In this document: positions 32,806 through 43,249 of the stretch, in pieces
How the letters are laid out: each line of letters starts with the position of its first letter
Position numbering within the stretch: position 1 is the first letter of the stretch
Origin: a bacterium
GTDB taxonomy: Bacteria > UBA8248
Direction of reading: 5' to 3'
Assembly: GCA_963692865.2 (NCBI GenBank)
Contig: OY843592.1
Location: 3,520,001-3,584,000, forward strand
DNA length: 64,000 nt
Translations under genes and position numbers: made by a program
Notes under the pieces: generated by a model
What the model was told of the DNA's origin: nothing
The model's input: the letters and a program-made list of their open reading frames with translations, nothing else
Database searches by the model: none

Positions 32806-33004
32806 GGGGTTGTTGAATATGTCCACAGAGCAGGGAGGGAATCCCGACCATCGAATTGTTCGCCGTAGGGACAGGCCTCCGTGCCTGTCCTGACGAAGGA
32901 CGACCACAGAGGGTGAGATAACCACGGAGGGCAGGACAACCACGGAGGGTTGTCCCTACAAAACCTCTGTTTACAAGGCCCTATGCTGACTTTTCAACAA
33001 CCCC
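32806..33004. mobile_element. MITE-like cassette B with TAG/CTAGG flanking duplication
   Basis: CTAG|GGGGTTGTTGAATATGTC ... GACTTTTCAACAACCCC|TAG; encloses a GTAG REP doublet. Confidence 0.75.
32865..32959. repeat. Inverted GTAG REP doublet with internal 3 x 18-bp tandem repeat
   Basis: GTAGGGACAGGCCTCCGTGCCTGTCC (32865-32890) and GGACAACCACGGAGGGTTGTCCCTAC (32934-32959); 18-mers at 32897, 32915, 32933. Confidence 0.85.
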
Positions 33005-33672
33005 TAGGCGGAAGCGACTTCATGCGCGCGGCAGATCTCGACGAATTTCCTCAAAATCCCCAAACCGAGCGCGCCGCTCTTCTCGGGGTGGAACTGGGTG
33101 GCGAAGAGGTTTTCCCTGTGGACGCCGGCGATGAAGGGCACGCCGAAATCGCACGTCGCCGCAATCCAGGGACGCGCCGCTTCGGAGGGCTCCGCGTAGT
33201 AGGAGTGGACGAAGTAGAAATGCGCGCCGCTCGGCACGCCGCCGAAAATCGGCGATTCGTTGTGGAACTCGGGCTGGTTCCAGCCCATGTGCGGGACCTT
33301 CAAAGGCAGGGCGGATCCGTTTTCCGTCATCCCCTCGGGGAAGCGCCTCACGCGCCCCGGCAGGATTCCCAGACCCGGCGTGGAGCCGAACTCCTCGCTT
33401 TCCTCGAAAAGAATCTGGAGGCCGAGGCATATCCCGAGGTAGGGAACGCCCCCCTCGATGGCGCGGCGCAGCGGCCCGGTGAGGCCGGCGCTCTCCAGGG
33501 CGCGCATACAATCCGGAAAACCGCCCACGCCGGGGAGGATGACGCCCGCCCCCGCCTCCAGGACTTCGGGGTCGTCGCTCAACACCGCATCCGCGCCGAT
33601 CCTGGCCAGAGCGTTCCGCACGCTCAGGACGTTCCCCATGCCGTAATCGACCACGACGATCTCGGCCGTCAT
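33004..33672 (-). CDS. hisH: Imidazole glycerol phosphate synthase glutamine amidotransferase subunit
   Basis: DYGMGN, LPGVG, GICLG, PHMGWN, YFVHSY, QFHPEKS. Confidence 0.97.
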   Translation of the reverse strand: MTAEIVVVDYGMGNVLSVRNALARIGADAVLSDDPEVLEAGAGVILPGVGGFPDCMRALESAGLTGPLRRAIEGGVPYLGICLGLQILFEESEEFGSTPGLGILPGRVRRFPEGMTENGSALPLKVPHMGWNQPEFHNESPIFGGVPSGAHFYFVHSYYAEPSEAARPWIAATCDFGVPFIAGVHRENLFATQFHPEKSGALGLGILRKFVEICRAHEVASA

Positions 33673-33687
33673 ACCACTCTCCCTGAT

Positions 33688-34024
33688 GAGGTTGTTGAAA
33701 GGCCCCCGATTTCGTGATTCCACGAATGGAGCAGACCAGGGAGGGATGAAACTTTACCCCGCCCTTGCAGAGCGACAACCAGCCACTCCCTCCTTGAGAG
33801 GGAGTCAGTGAACTGAGGGCGTAAGCCCGAAAGCGAACTGGTGGGGGGTATAATTCGGAATAGAGATAAACGCATTCTACCCCCACCGATTCAGCCTTCG
33901 CAAATACCGCTCGGCTTCATCGTCGGGTTTCCCCCTCGGGGAGCCCGACCCTCAAGGGGGGAGTGAACTTCAAAAGCGTTCGCACAACCCAAAATCGCTT
34001 CCCGGGAACTTTTTCAACAACTCC
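33688..34024. mobile_element. MITE-like cassette C
   Basis: GAGGTTGTTGAAAGGCCCC ... GGGAACTTTTTCAACAACTCC. Confidence 0.65.
33784..33965. repeat. Nested palindromic element
   Basis: Outer arms CACTCCCTCCTTGAG / CTCAAGGGGGGAGTG (1 mismatch), inner arms GGTGGGGGGTA / TACCCCCACC, plus small side hairpins. Confidence 0.8.
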
Positions 34025-34051
34025 AGAATGACGGGCCTCCAGAAAGCTGTC

Positions 34052-34654
34052 TCATAAAACGCCCTTGGTGCTGGGCACGCTCTCATCCCTCGGATCGAGC
34101 GCGACGCCCGCGCGCAGCGCCCGCGCGAAGCCCTTGAACACGGCTTCGACCATGTGGTGGCTGTTGTCCCCGTAGCAGACCTCGACGTGGAGGTCGACGC
34201 CCGCGTGGGTGGCCACCGACCAGAAGAACTCGCGCACGAGCGCGGTGTCGAACTCGCCGATTCGGGCTTCGGGGAACGCGGCGCGGAAGACGAGGTTCCC
34301 CCTGCCGCCGAAATCCGCCGCCACGTGGACGAGCGCGTCCATCATGGGCAGGCGCACGTCGGCGTAACGGGTGATGCCCGCCCGGTCGCCGAGCGCCTTC
34401 GCCAGCGTCCGGCCCAGGATTATTCCTATGTCCTCCACCGTGTGGTGGCCGTCGACGTCCAAATCCCCCTTGCCGCGGACGGTCAAATCCACCAACCCGT
34501 GGCGGGCGATCTGGGCGAGCATGTGGTCGAAAAAACCGATTCCCGTGGCGATTTCCGCCTCGCCCGCGCCGTCGAGGTTGACCGCGACGGAAAAATCGGT
34601 TTCCTTCGTCTTTCGGCTCACGCGCGCTTTTCTCTGCCTGGCCCTCGAAGCCAC
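34052..34654 (-). CDS. hisB: Imidazoleglycerol-phosphate dehydratase
   Basis: [42 protein letters not shown]. Confidence 0.97.
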   Translation of the reverse strand: MASRARQRKARVSRKTKETDFSVAVNLDGAGEAEIATGIGFFDHMLAQIARHGLVDLTVRGKGDLDVDGHHTVEDIGIILGRTLAKALGDRAGITRYADVRLPMMDALVHVAADFGGRGNLVFRAAFPEARIGEFDTALVREFFWSVATHAGVDLHVEVCYGDNSHHMVEAVFKGFARALRAGVALDPRDESVPSTKGVL

Positions 34655-34797
34655 TTTCCCTCTCCCGGCGAAATAAAACTTCCGTGAACACGCCGCCTTT
34701 CGGCAGCCCGATTATGCTTGATCCGGGCCCGCCCCGCCAGCGTCCCCTCAGGGAATTGTTGAAAAAGTCCCCGAAGCGGTGGGGGTGCGATGTTTTT

Positions 34798-34925
34798 GTG
34801 GGGGCGGACCGATGTGTCCGCCCGAACGGTCCGAAAGAACGAGGGCGGTGTGTAGGGGCCGCATACATGCGGCCCATGACGGGCGGCGAAAAAAGGCCGG
34901 GACGCATATATGCGTCCCCTACACA
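34798..34925. repeat. GTAG-type REPs: one single copy and one inverted doublet
   Basis: GTGGGGGCGGACCGATGTGTCCGCCC (34798-34823); GTAGGGGCCGCATACATGCGGCCC (34852-34875) with GGGACGCATATATGCGTCCCCTAC (34899-34922). Confidence 0.85.
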
Positions 34926-35015
34926 TCCCGCTCGCCGTGAACCCTCTCTCCCCGGTCGGGTCGAACCCTCATTCCTCAATCGGGTTCAACCCCCGCAAAC
35001 CGCCAACGCCTCTCT

Positions 35016-35131
35016 CCTCACCCTGAGTAGCCGCCGAAGGCGGCGTACCGAAGGGTGTGGGAAGTCGAACGCCTCGCGCCGGGCGAGAGGGCATCCTTCG
35101 ATACGCGGCTCCGCCGCTACTCAGGATGAGG
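35016..35131. repeat. CTCAYCCTGAG...CGAAGG palindromic repeat pair
   Basis: CCTCACCCTGAGTAGCCGCCGAAGGCGGCGTACCGAAGGGTG and inverted CATCCTTCGATACGCGGCTCCGCCGCTACTCAGGATGAGG. Confidence 0.85.
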
Positions 35132-35185
35132 CGGATAAGGCTTTTTCAACAGCCCCGATGAGGAAGGAATCGACCGACCGAGGAG

Positions 35186-35308
35186 GACTTTTTCTACAAG
35201 CCCGTCAAGGGGGGGTAGGGGGGGGGTTCGTTTTCAAGGCAGGGGGAGGATGAGCGAGGCGGGTTTTTCAACAGCCCCTGTCAGGGGGGCTTTTCTTCAA
35301 CAGCCCCC
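35186..35308. repeat. Extra same-orientation copies of the cassette right end
   Basis: GACTTTTTCTACAAGCCC (~35186), GTTTTTCAACAGCCCC (35263-35278), CTTTTCTTCAACAGCCCCC (35290-35308). Confidence 0.7.
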
Positions 35309-35309
35309 A

Positions 35310-36605
35310 TCAGGATACGCCGCGCCTCAGCCGCAAGGCCCGCGCGTGGGCGGGCAGGCCTTCCAGGTCGGCGAGCCGCGCCGCGGGTTCGACCAGACGC
35401 GCCGCGGCGGCCTCGTCGAAACACACCCTGCTCGTCCACTTGACGAAGTCATACACCCCGAGCGGCGAGGCGAAGCGCGCCGCCCCGCCCGTGGGAAGCA
35501 CGTGGTTGGGGCCCGCGACGTAATCACCCAGGGGAACCGGACTCCACGGCCCGCAGAATACCGCGCCAGCATTGCGAACCCCCCGGGCCGCCTCTTCGGC
35601 GCGCTCCATCAATATCTCCAGGTGCTCGGGAGCGAGCATCTCCGCGATTTCGAGCGCCTCCTCGCGCGAGTCCGCCTCGATAATCGCGCCGCGATTCTCC
35701 AAGGCCTGGGCTATCTCCGCGCTCCTCAAGGCTGAGCGCAACTGGCTTTCCACTTCCCGCTCCAGGGCGTCGGCCACCTCCGCGCCCACGCAGACGCCCA
35801 CCGCCATCGCCTGCGCGTCGTGCTCGGCCTGGGCGAGCAGGTCCGCCGCCGCCCACTCGGCCAGAGCGGGGTCGTCCAGGAGCACGACCACCTCGCTCGG
35901 CCCCGCCTCCTTGTCGATTTCCACGCGCCCGCGCACGATGCGCTTCGCGGCGGCGACGTATACGTTGCCCGGCCCCACTATCTTGTCCACGCGCGGGACG
36001 CTCCTCGTCCCACAGGCCATCGCGGCGACCGCCTGCGCGCCGCCGACGCGCACGACGCGCTCAAGACCCGCCAGAGAAGCAGCCGCCAGAACGGCGTCGG
36101 GGACTTCGCCGTCCGGGCCCGGCGGGGTGCAAAGGACCAGTTCCCCCACGCCCGCGACGCGCGCGGGAACGGCGTTCATGAGCACGGTGGAGGGATAGGC
36201 CGCCGTGCCGCCGGGCGCATAGAGGCCCACGCTCGCGAGCGCCGCGGGCTCAAGCGAGAGCCGCTCGCCGGGTGTCTGCTCTACCGTAATTATTCGGGGA
36301 ACCTGCGCCTCGTGGAACGCGCGAATTCGCTCCTCGGCGAGTTTCAGTGCATCGAGCGTTTCGTGCGGCAATGCGTCGAGGGCGCGCGCCATCTCCTCCT
36401 CGCCCACGACGAGGCTTTCGGCATCCAGGGAAACGCCGTCGAACGCCTGAGTCAGTTCGACGAGGGCATCATCCCCCTTGGCCCGCACGCGCTCGATGAT
36501 CGCGCGCACGTCCTCCTCTACGCGGGAAAAGGCATCTTCTCCGCTCAGGGAGAGGCGCTCGATCCCGGCGGCGAAGTTCTCCGCCCCGTAGCTGAACCGT
36601 CTCAC
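35310..36605 (-). CDS. hisD: Histidinol dehydrogenase
   Basis: YAPGGTAAYPST, GGAQA, GPGN.YV, AGPSE, AQAEHD, APEHL, GPNHVLPT; GTGA overlap with hisG. Confidence 0.97.
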   Translation of the reverse strand: MRRFSYGAENFAAGIERLSLSGEDAFSRVEEDVRAIIERVRAKGDDALVELTQAFDGVSLDAESLVVGEEEMARALDALPHETLDALKLAEERIRAFHEAQVPRIITVEQTPGERLSLEPAALASVGLYAPGGTAAYPSTVLMNAVPARVAGVGELVLCTPPGPDGEVPDAVLAAASLAGLERVVRVGGAQAVAAMACGTRSVPRVDKIVGPGNVYVAAAKRIVRGRVEIDKEAGPSEVVVLLDDPALAEWAAADLLAQAEHDAQAMAVGVCVGAEVADALEREVESQLRSALRSAEIAQALENRGAIIEADSREEALEIAEMLAPEHLEILMERAEEAARGVRNAGAVFCGPWSPVPLGDYVAGPNHVLPTGGAARFASPLGVYDFVKWTSRVCFDEAAAARLVEPAARLADLEGLPAHARALRLRRGVS

Positions 36606-37308
36606 GCCTTTCCCTCGCCGGGAGCCGGCCCCGCGCCGTTTGCGGAGCGGTTCACGGCGGAGGGGATGGCCCCCTTCAACCGTTCGATAATGGCGCTCAC
36701 TTTCTTGTAGTTCGTCTTCAGGCTCGCCCGGTTGGCGATGAGCCTCGCCGTCGCGCTGAAGATCTCGCGGATCGGCACAAGCCCGTTGGCCCGCAGCGTT
36801 CCGCCCGTGTCCACCAGGTCCACGACGATGTCCGCCACGCCCGTGGCGGGCGCAATCTCCACGTTGCCGTAGAGACGGACCATCTTGGCCTGAATTCCCA
36901 TCCGCTCGAAAAAGCGGGCGGTGATGGCCGGAAACTTCGTCGCCACGCGCAGCGAGATCCGCCCGCTCAACTCTTCCCAGGCGACGCCCTCGGGCGCGGC
37001 GACCATGAGGCGGCACGGCGCCACGTTCAAGTCCAGGGGTTCGTACACGTCGCGTCCCTGCTCCAGCAGCACGTCGCGCCCGATGACGCCCAGATCCGCC
37101 GCCCCGCGCTCCACGTAGATGGGCACGTCGTGGTTCCTGAGAATCAGGACCCGCACCCCCGTTTTCGGGTCGCGCAGGATGAGCTTTCGGGATTTGTCCG
37201 AGATCGGCTTCGACAATACGCCCGCCTTCACCAGACACTCGGTCGCCTCCGAGAAAATCCTGCCCTTGGGCAGGGCGATAATCAACTCTTTTTCCATGTT
37301 CTCTTCCA

Positions 37309-37312
<4 letters not shown>
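36602..37312 (-). CDS. hisG: ATP phosphoribosyltransferase, short form
   Basis: IALPKGR, ATKFP, LYGNVEIAP, DLVDTGGTLRANGL; no C-terminal regulatory domain; alternative start 37297. Confidence 0.95.
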
Positions 37313-38568
<1,256 letters not shown>

Positions 38569-38571
38569 AAC

Positions 38572-39462
38572 CTATACCCTCATCAGTTCCAAAACCCTCT
38601 CGCGCCCGGCGAGGTCTTTATGACTTCTCGCAGAGTGGTAACTTCCCCGTTCTTGCGAGGCGGCCTCCGCCTCGGCCATCCGGCGCGGGTCCATCTCGAT
38701 CAAGAGCACTCCCCCGCGAGCCAGATATGCGGGCGCCTCCTCGATGATGCGCCGGACGACGTCCATCCCGTCCGCGCCGCCATCCAGAGCAATTCGCGGC
38801 TCGAATGATGAAACCTCGGGCATCAAGCCGTCCAGTTCGTCCGAAGCCACATAGGGCGGGTTCGAGGCGATCAGGTCGAATTCTTCTCCCTTGGCGAGAG
38901 CTTCGAACAAATCGGAGGCCAGCAAACTCGTTCGACTTTCAAGATCGAACTTTTCCGCGTTTCGCCTCGCCACCCCGAGCGCCCTGGGGCAGACGTCGAG
39001 CAAAGTGACTTGCGCTTCCCTTACTTCGCTCGCAATCGCCAGCCCCACCGCGCCGCTGCCGCATCCCGCGTCGAGTATCCTGCTTTTTCCGCCCTTTCCC
39101 AAAAGCGCGGCGGCGCGCTCGACGAGCAACTCCGATTCCGGCCTGGGAACCAGCACGTCCGGCGAGACGAGAAACGGCATGGACCAGAACTCCCGCTCGC
39201 CCAGGATATAGGCCATCGGCTCTCGCCCGGCTCTCCTTTGCGCCAGCGCCTCGGCCTGCGCGAGCGCATCCCCCGGGACCATCCTCTCGGGATGGGCGTG
39301 TAGATGCGCCCCGTCGCAGCCTAATACCACAGCCAGGATGAGGCGCGCATCCAGCCCCGGCGCATCCACGCCCGCTTTTGCGAACCGCTTCTCCAGACGG
39401 GAGAGGAGGGCGCGCACGGTGGTCTGTAGTTCGTTTTGCGCCGCGGGGGGAGAGGTCGTCAT
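38572..39462 (-). CDS. prmC: Release factor glutamine methyltransferase
   Basis: [27 protein letters not shown]. Confidence 0.95.
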   Translation of the reverse strand: MTTSPPAAQNELQTTVRALLSRLEKRFAKAGVDAPGLDARLILAVVLGCDGAHLHAHPERMVPGDALAQAEALAQRRAGREPMAYILGEREFWSMPFLVSPDVLVPRPESELLVERAAALLGKGGKSRILDAGCGSGAVGLAIASEVREAQVTLLDVCPRALGVARRNAEKFDLESRTSLLASDLFEALAKGEEFDLIASNPPYVASDELDGLMPEVSSFEPRIALDGGADGMDVVRRIIEEAPAYLARGGVLLIEMDPRRMAEAEAASQERGSYHSARSHKDLAGRERVLELMRV

Positions 39463-40550
39463 TCTTCGGAGCGGACTTGCGCGCCTTCTTCCAGTTCGGC
39501 CAGACGCTCCGCCTCGCGGCTCTCGATGACCCGCTTGACCATCTCGTCGATTCCCCCCTCCATGAAGCCGGGAAGACCGTGGAGGGTGAGGCCGATGCGG
39601 TGATCGGTAATCCTGTCCTGGGGGAAGTTGTAGGTACGGATCCGCTCGCTCCTGTCCCCGCTGCCCACGAGGCTCTTGCGGTGCGCGGAACGCTCGGACA
39701 TCTGCTTCTGGATTTCCATGTCCAGCAGATGGGCCGAGAGTATCTTCATGGCCTTGGCGCGGTTTTTGTGCTGGCTCTTCTCGTCCTGACAGGTGACGAC
39801 GAGGCCTGTGGGCACATGGGTGATGCGAACGGCGGAATCGGTCGTGTTCACGCTCTGGCCGCCCGGGCCGGAGGAGCGGTAGACGTCGATCCGCAAGTCC
39901 TTCTCGCCGACCTCGAGCGCAATCTCGTCCGCTTCGGGCAGCACGGCCACCGTGGCGGCGGAGGTGTGGATTCTCCCTTGCGTCTCGGTGACGGGCACCC
40001 TTTGGACGCGATGCGTGCCGCTCTCATAGCGCAGGCGGCTGTAGGCGCCCACCCCCTTGATGAGCGCCGATACTTCCTTGAGGCCCCCCAAATCGCTCTC
40101 GCTCTTGCTCAACTCCTCCGCCTTCCAGCCCTGCACTTCGGCGTAGCGCACATACATGCGGTACAAATCAGCTGCGAAGAGCGCGGCCTCCTGCCCGCCC
40201 GTACCCGCGCGAACTTCCAGGATGACGTTCTTCTCATCGTTCGGGTCCCTGGGCAGCAGAAGCCTGCGGAGCCTCTCCTCCACTGCCTCTCGCTTCGCGC
40301 TTGCGTCTTCGAGTTCCTCTTGCGCGAGTTCGCTCATCTCCGGATCCCCGTCCTCGATCAGGGCCCTCGCCTCCTCGATAGCGCTTTCATATCCGCGCCA
40401 TTCCTCATAGGCCTGGACGACCCGGGAGAGTTCCTTGTGCTCGCGCGCGGTCTGCTCGAACTTCTTGCGGTCCTTGAGCAGGGCCGGGTCCGAGAGGCGC
40501 ATCTCCAGCGTCCGGTGTTTTTCGATGATTTGTTCGATTTTTTCGAACAT
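39459..40550 (-). CDS. prfA: Peptide chain release factor 1
   Basis: PVT stop-recognition motif, [12 protein letters not shown]. Confidence 0.98.
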   Translation of the reverse strand: MFEKIEQIIEKHRTLEMRLSDPALLKDRKKFEQTAREHKELSRVVQAYEEWRGYESAIEEARALIEDGDPEMSELAQEELEDASAKREAVEERLRRLLLPRDPNDEKNVILEVRAGTGGQEAALFAADLYRMYVRYAEVQGWKAEELSKSESDLGGLKEVSALIKGVGAYSRLRYESGTHRVQRVPVTETQGRIHTSAATVAVLPEADEIALEVGEKDLRIDVYRSSGPGGQSVNTTDSAVRITHVPTGLVVTCQDEKSQHKNRAKAMKILSAHLLDMEIQKQMSERSAHRKSLVGSGDRSERIRTYNFPQDRITDHRIGLTLHGLPGFMEGGIDEMVKRVIESREAERLAELEEGAQVRSEE

Positions 40551-40673
40551 GGGGATCAACCGACGGGCAGCGAACGGGGGTGGCCCGGAATAGTCCCCGG
40601 GTCCACGAATTCGCGTTTGCCGGGGAGCCGCCGCCCAGGGGCCGTCCCCAGACAAACACGGAAGGCTCCGGGC

Positions 40674-41309
40674 TTATGAATCCTCGGGCTTCTCGGCTTC
40701 TCCGCCCGGTTCGGTCTCGGGCGACGCCTCGGGTGAAGCATCCTCCGCGGCGGCGACCGCATCCGCAGGTTCAGGCTCGGACGAACCATTTTCAGACGCA
40801 GCGACCGCTTCCGCCGGTTCAGGCGCAGGCTCGGGCGCAACATCCTCGGCGGCGGCCGTCTCCGCATCGTCCGGCTCGGGTGGAGCATCTTCCGCCACGG
40901 CGGCTGCTTCGGCCGATGCTTCTTTCTCCGCCTGGGCGGCTTGCCTGGCGGCTCGCTCCTCGGCGCGCTTCTTGCGGGCCTCTTCCCTGCGCGTTTTTTC
41001 CTCCTCCTCCTTCTCGGCGGCCAGCTTCGCCTCACGCTCCACGCGGGCCGCCCGCTCCGCCTCGGCGACGGCTTGTTTCCTCTTGCGCTTGGAGACCCGC
41101 GCCTCCTTGCCCTCGAACTTCTTGACGAACTTCTCCACGCGGCCCTCGGTATCGACGATGCGCGCCTGTTTGCCGGTGAAGAACGGGTGGCACTGCGAGC
41201 AAACCTCCACGCGGATTTCCTTGCGCGTGGAGAACGTCGTGAATTCGGTGCCGCAGCCGCTGCAGGAAACCCTGCACTCGAACAACTCGGGATGAATCTC
41301 GGCCTTCAT
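40674..41309 (-). CDS. rpmE: 50S ribosomal protein L31 (Zn-binding type) with long C-terminal extension
   Basis: MKAEIHP, CSGC...[16 protein letters not shown]; between rho and prfA. Confidence 0.93.
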   Translation of the reverse strand: MKAEIHPELFECRVSCSGCGTEFTTFSTRKEIRVEVCSQCHPFFTGKQARIVDTEGRVEKFVKKFEGKEARVSKRKRKQAVAEAERAARVEREAKLAAEKEEEEKTRREEARKKRAEERAARQAAQAEKEASAEAAAVAEDAPPEPDDAETAAAEDVAPEPAPEPAEAVAASENGSSEPEPADAVAAAEDASPEASPETEPGGEAEKPEDS

Positions 41310-41445
41310 AACCGGACGCTCCAAAATATCAGGGTCCAAACGTCGGAAACAATCCTGAAAATTTCCGTAAAATTCGATAAAAAACGATAAATTGAGGGGG
41401 TTTTTCTGTAAAAAAACCGGCCCCTCTCCCCTGTGAGGAGAGTGC

Positions 41446-41474
41446 TTTATACCGAAACGCCAGCGGCTTGTCCA
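41446..41474 (-). promoter_or_regulatory. Putative sigma70 promoter of rpmE
   Basis: TGGACA-17 bp-TATAAA. Confidence 0.45.
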
Positions 41475-41505
41475 CCCCGAAAAACGGGGAAAAACAAGAG
41501 GTTGG

Positions 41506-42798
41506 CTAGCTGTTCATCGAGGCGAGGAAATCCTCGTTCGTCTTCGTCTCCTGGATTTTCTCGAGCAGGAGCTCCATCGAATCGACCACGCCAAGCGGTT
41601 GTAAAACCTTGCGCAACACCCACACGCGGTTGAGTTCCTGCGGGCTGAGCAGCAGTTCCTCCTTCCTCGTACCGGACTTGTTGATGTCCACCGAGGGGAA
41701 CACGCGCTTGTCGGAGAGTTTCCTGTCGAGATGAACCTCCATGTTGCCCGTGCCCTTGAACTCCTCGAAAATCACGTCGTCCATCCGGCTGCCCGTCTCC
41801 ACCAGCGCCGTGGCGAGAATGGTGAGGCTCCCGCCTTCTTCGAGGTTCCGCGCCGCGCCGAAGAAACGCTTGGGCCGCTGCAGCGCGTTCGAGTCCACGC
41901 CGCCGGAGAGGACTTTCCCGCTCGGGGAGATGATGGTGTTGTGCGCGCGCGCCAACCGCGTGATGGAATCGAGCAGGATGACGACGTCCTGTTTGTGTTC
42001 GGTGAGCCTTTTCGCCTTCTCGATCACCATGTCCGCCACCTGGACGTGGCGAGAGGCCGGTTCGTCGAAGGTCGAGCTAATCACTTCCCCGCGCACGGAG
42101 CGCTCCATGTCCGTGACTTCTTCGGGGCGCTCGTCGATGAGCAAAACGATGAGGTGCACATCGGGGTGGTTCGTCGCGATGCTCTTCGCGATGGATTGAA
42201 GCATCATCGTCTTACCGGTCCGCGGCGCGGCGACGATGAGGCCGCGCTGCCCGAAGCCGATGGGCGTCATTAAGTCCAAAACGCGTGAACTCACCTCCTC
42301 CCCGGATATTTCGAGTTTTATCCGGCGGTCGGGATACAAGGGGGTGAGGTTGTCGAACAGAACCTTGTCCTTGCTCGCTTCAGGGGGTTCGAAATTGATC
42401 TTCTCGACCTTCAAAAGCGCAAAATACCGCTCCCCCTCTTTGGGCTGGCGGATTTCACCACTGACCGTATCGCCGGTGCGGAGGTCGAAGCGGCGGATCT
42501 GACTGGGGGAGACGTAGATATCGTCAGGGCCGGGCAGATAGTTGTACGAGGGCGAACGCAGAAAACCGAACCCGTCCGGCAAAATCTCGAGCACGCCCTC
42601 TCCGGTGATGGTTCCGCCGCCGCCGTTGCGGTCCTTGGCGGACTGCGCCTCCAGTATCTTGTAAATCAGATCCTGCTTTCTAAGCCCGGTGGCGCTTTCG
42701 GCGCTGAATTCCTTGAGAATCTGGTTGAGTTCTCCGATGGTCTTTTTCTTCAGTTCCGCCAGGTTCAAGCTGCGAGATGTTGTTTCTGTTGTTGCCAT
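41506..42798 (-). CDS. rho: Transcription termination factor Rho
   Basis: [38 protein letters not shown]. Confidence 0.98.
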   Translation of the reverse strand: MATTETTSRSLNLAELKKKTIGELNQILKEFSAESATGLRKQDLIYKILEAQSAKDRNGGGGTITGEGVLEILPDGFGFLRSPSYNYLPGPDDIYVSPSQIRRFDLRTGDTVSGEIRQPKEGERYFALLKVEKINFEPPEASKDKVLFDNLTPLYPDRRIKLEISGEEVSSRVLDLMTPIGFGQRGLIVAAPRTGKTMMLQSIAKSIATNHPDVHLIVLLIDERPEEVTDMERSVRGEVISSTFDEPASRHVQVADMVIEKAKRLTEHKQDVVILLDSITRLARAHNTIISPSGKVLSGGVDSNALQRPKRFFGAARNLEEGGSLTILATALVETGSRMDDVIFEEFKGTGNMEVHLDRKLSDKRVFPSVDINKSGTRKEELLLSPQELNRVWVLRKVLQPLGVVDSMELLLEKIQETKTNEDFLASMNS

Positions 42799-43209
42799 AA
42801 CTCCCTTCTCCTTGGTTGGGTAGGCTCCGTTTACCGCCTGGAACGTGAGATGATGCCTTCTGGTCGCACCACTCGCCACATTCTGCGCGGGGAGACTTTT
42901 CCTCCTAGCCTCAAGCGGTAAGGTTGATGTAATGAAATTCCTTCATTTCCGATTCAAAAGCGGGTTCTCATCGCCGGGTGCGATGCGAAGCGCGCATTCG
43001 TTGTTCTTCAGAACCAGTCATGGGCGCGCGCATAAACCCATTTCTGGAAATACATTCATCCGAGGGCAGAAATATGACTGAGGATCCTTATATTTCCCGA
43101 GACAAGTTGTTCTTCTCTTTTCTAAAATTCCAAATCGTTGCGCATCAGATGGTGTTTGAAGTCTAGGGCGACGAAAACATATCAGGAATAGAAGTACAAG
43201 CGTTTCAAA

Positions 43210-43238
43210 AAAATAATCAGTTCGCGCAAATTTGTCAA
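43210..43238 (-). promoter_or_regulatory. Putative sigma70 promoter of rho
   Basis: TTGACA-17 bp-TATTTT immediately after the coaE stop. Confidence 0.5.
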
Positions 43239-43249
43239 CACTTTTTATC

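Larger units (their letters stand above)
34751..35156. mobile_element. MITE-like cassette D with several REP-type cargos
   Basis: GGGAATTGTTGAAAAAGTCCCC ... GGCTTTTTCAACAGCCCC. Confidence 0.7.

Noticed and set aside
32897-32950. Possible mini-CRISPR in the 18-bp repeats or the repeated cassette ends
   Set aside because: Repeats are contiguous or irregularly spaced, with no unique equal-length spacers and no cas genes
30126-35253. Small ORFs spanning the repeat cassettes (e.g. 30126-30413, 32704-32943, 33669-33875, 34684-35253)
   Set aside because: No RBS or protein motifs; they are translations of palindromic repeats and none resembles a transposase
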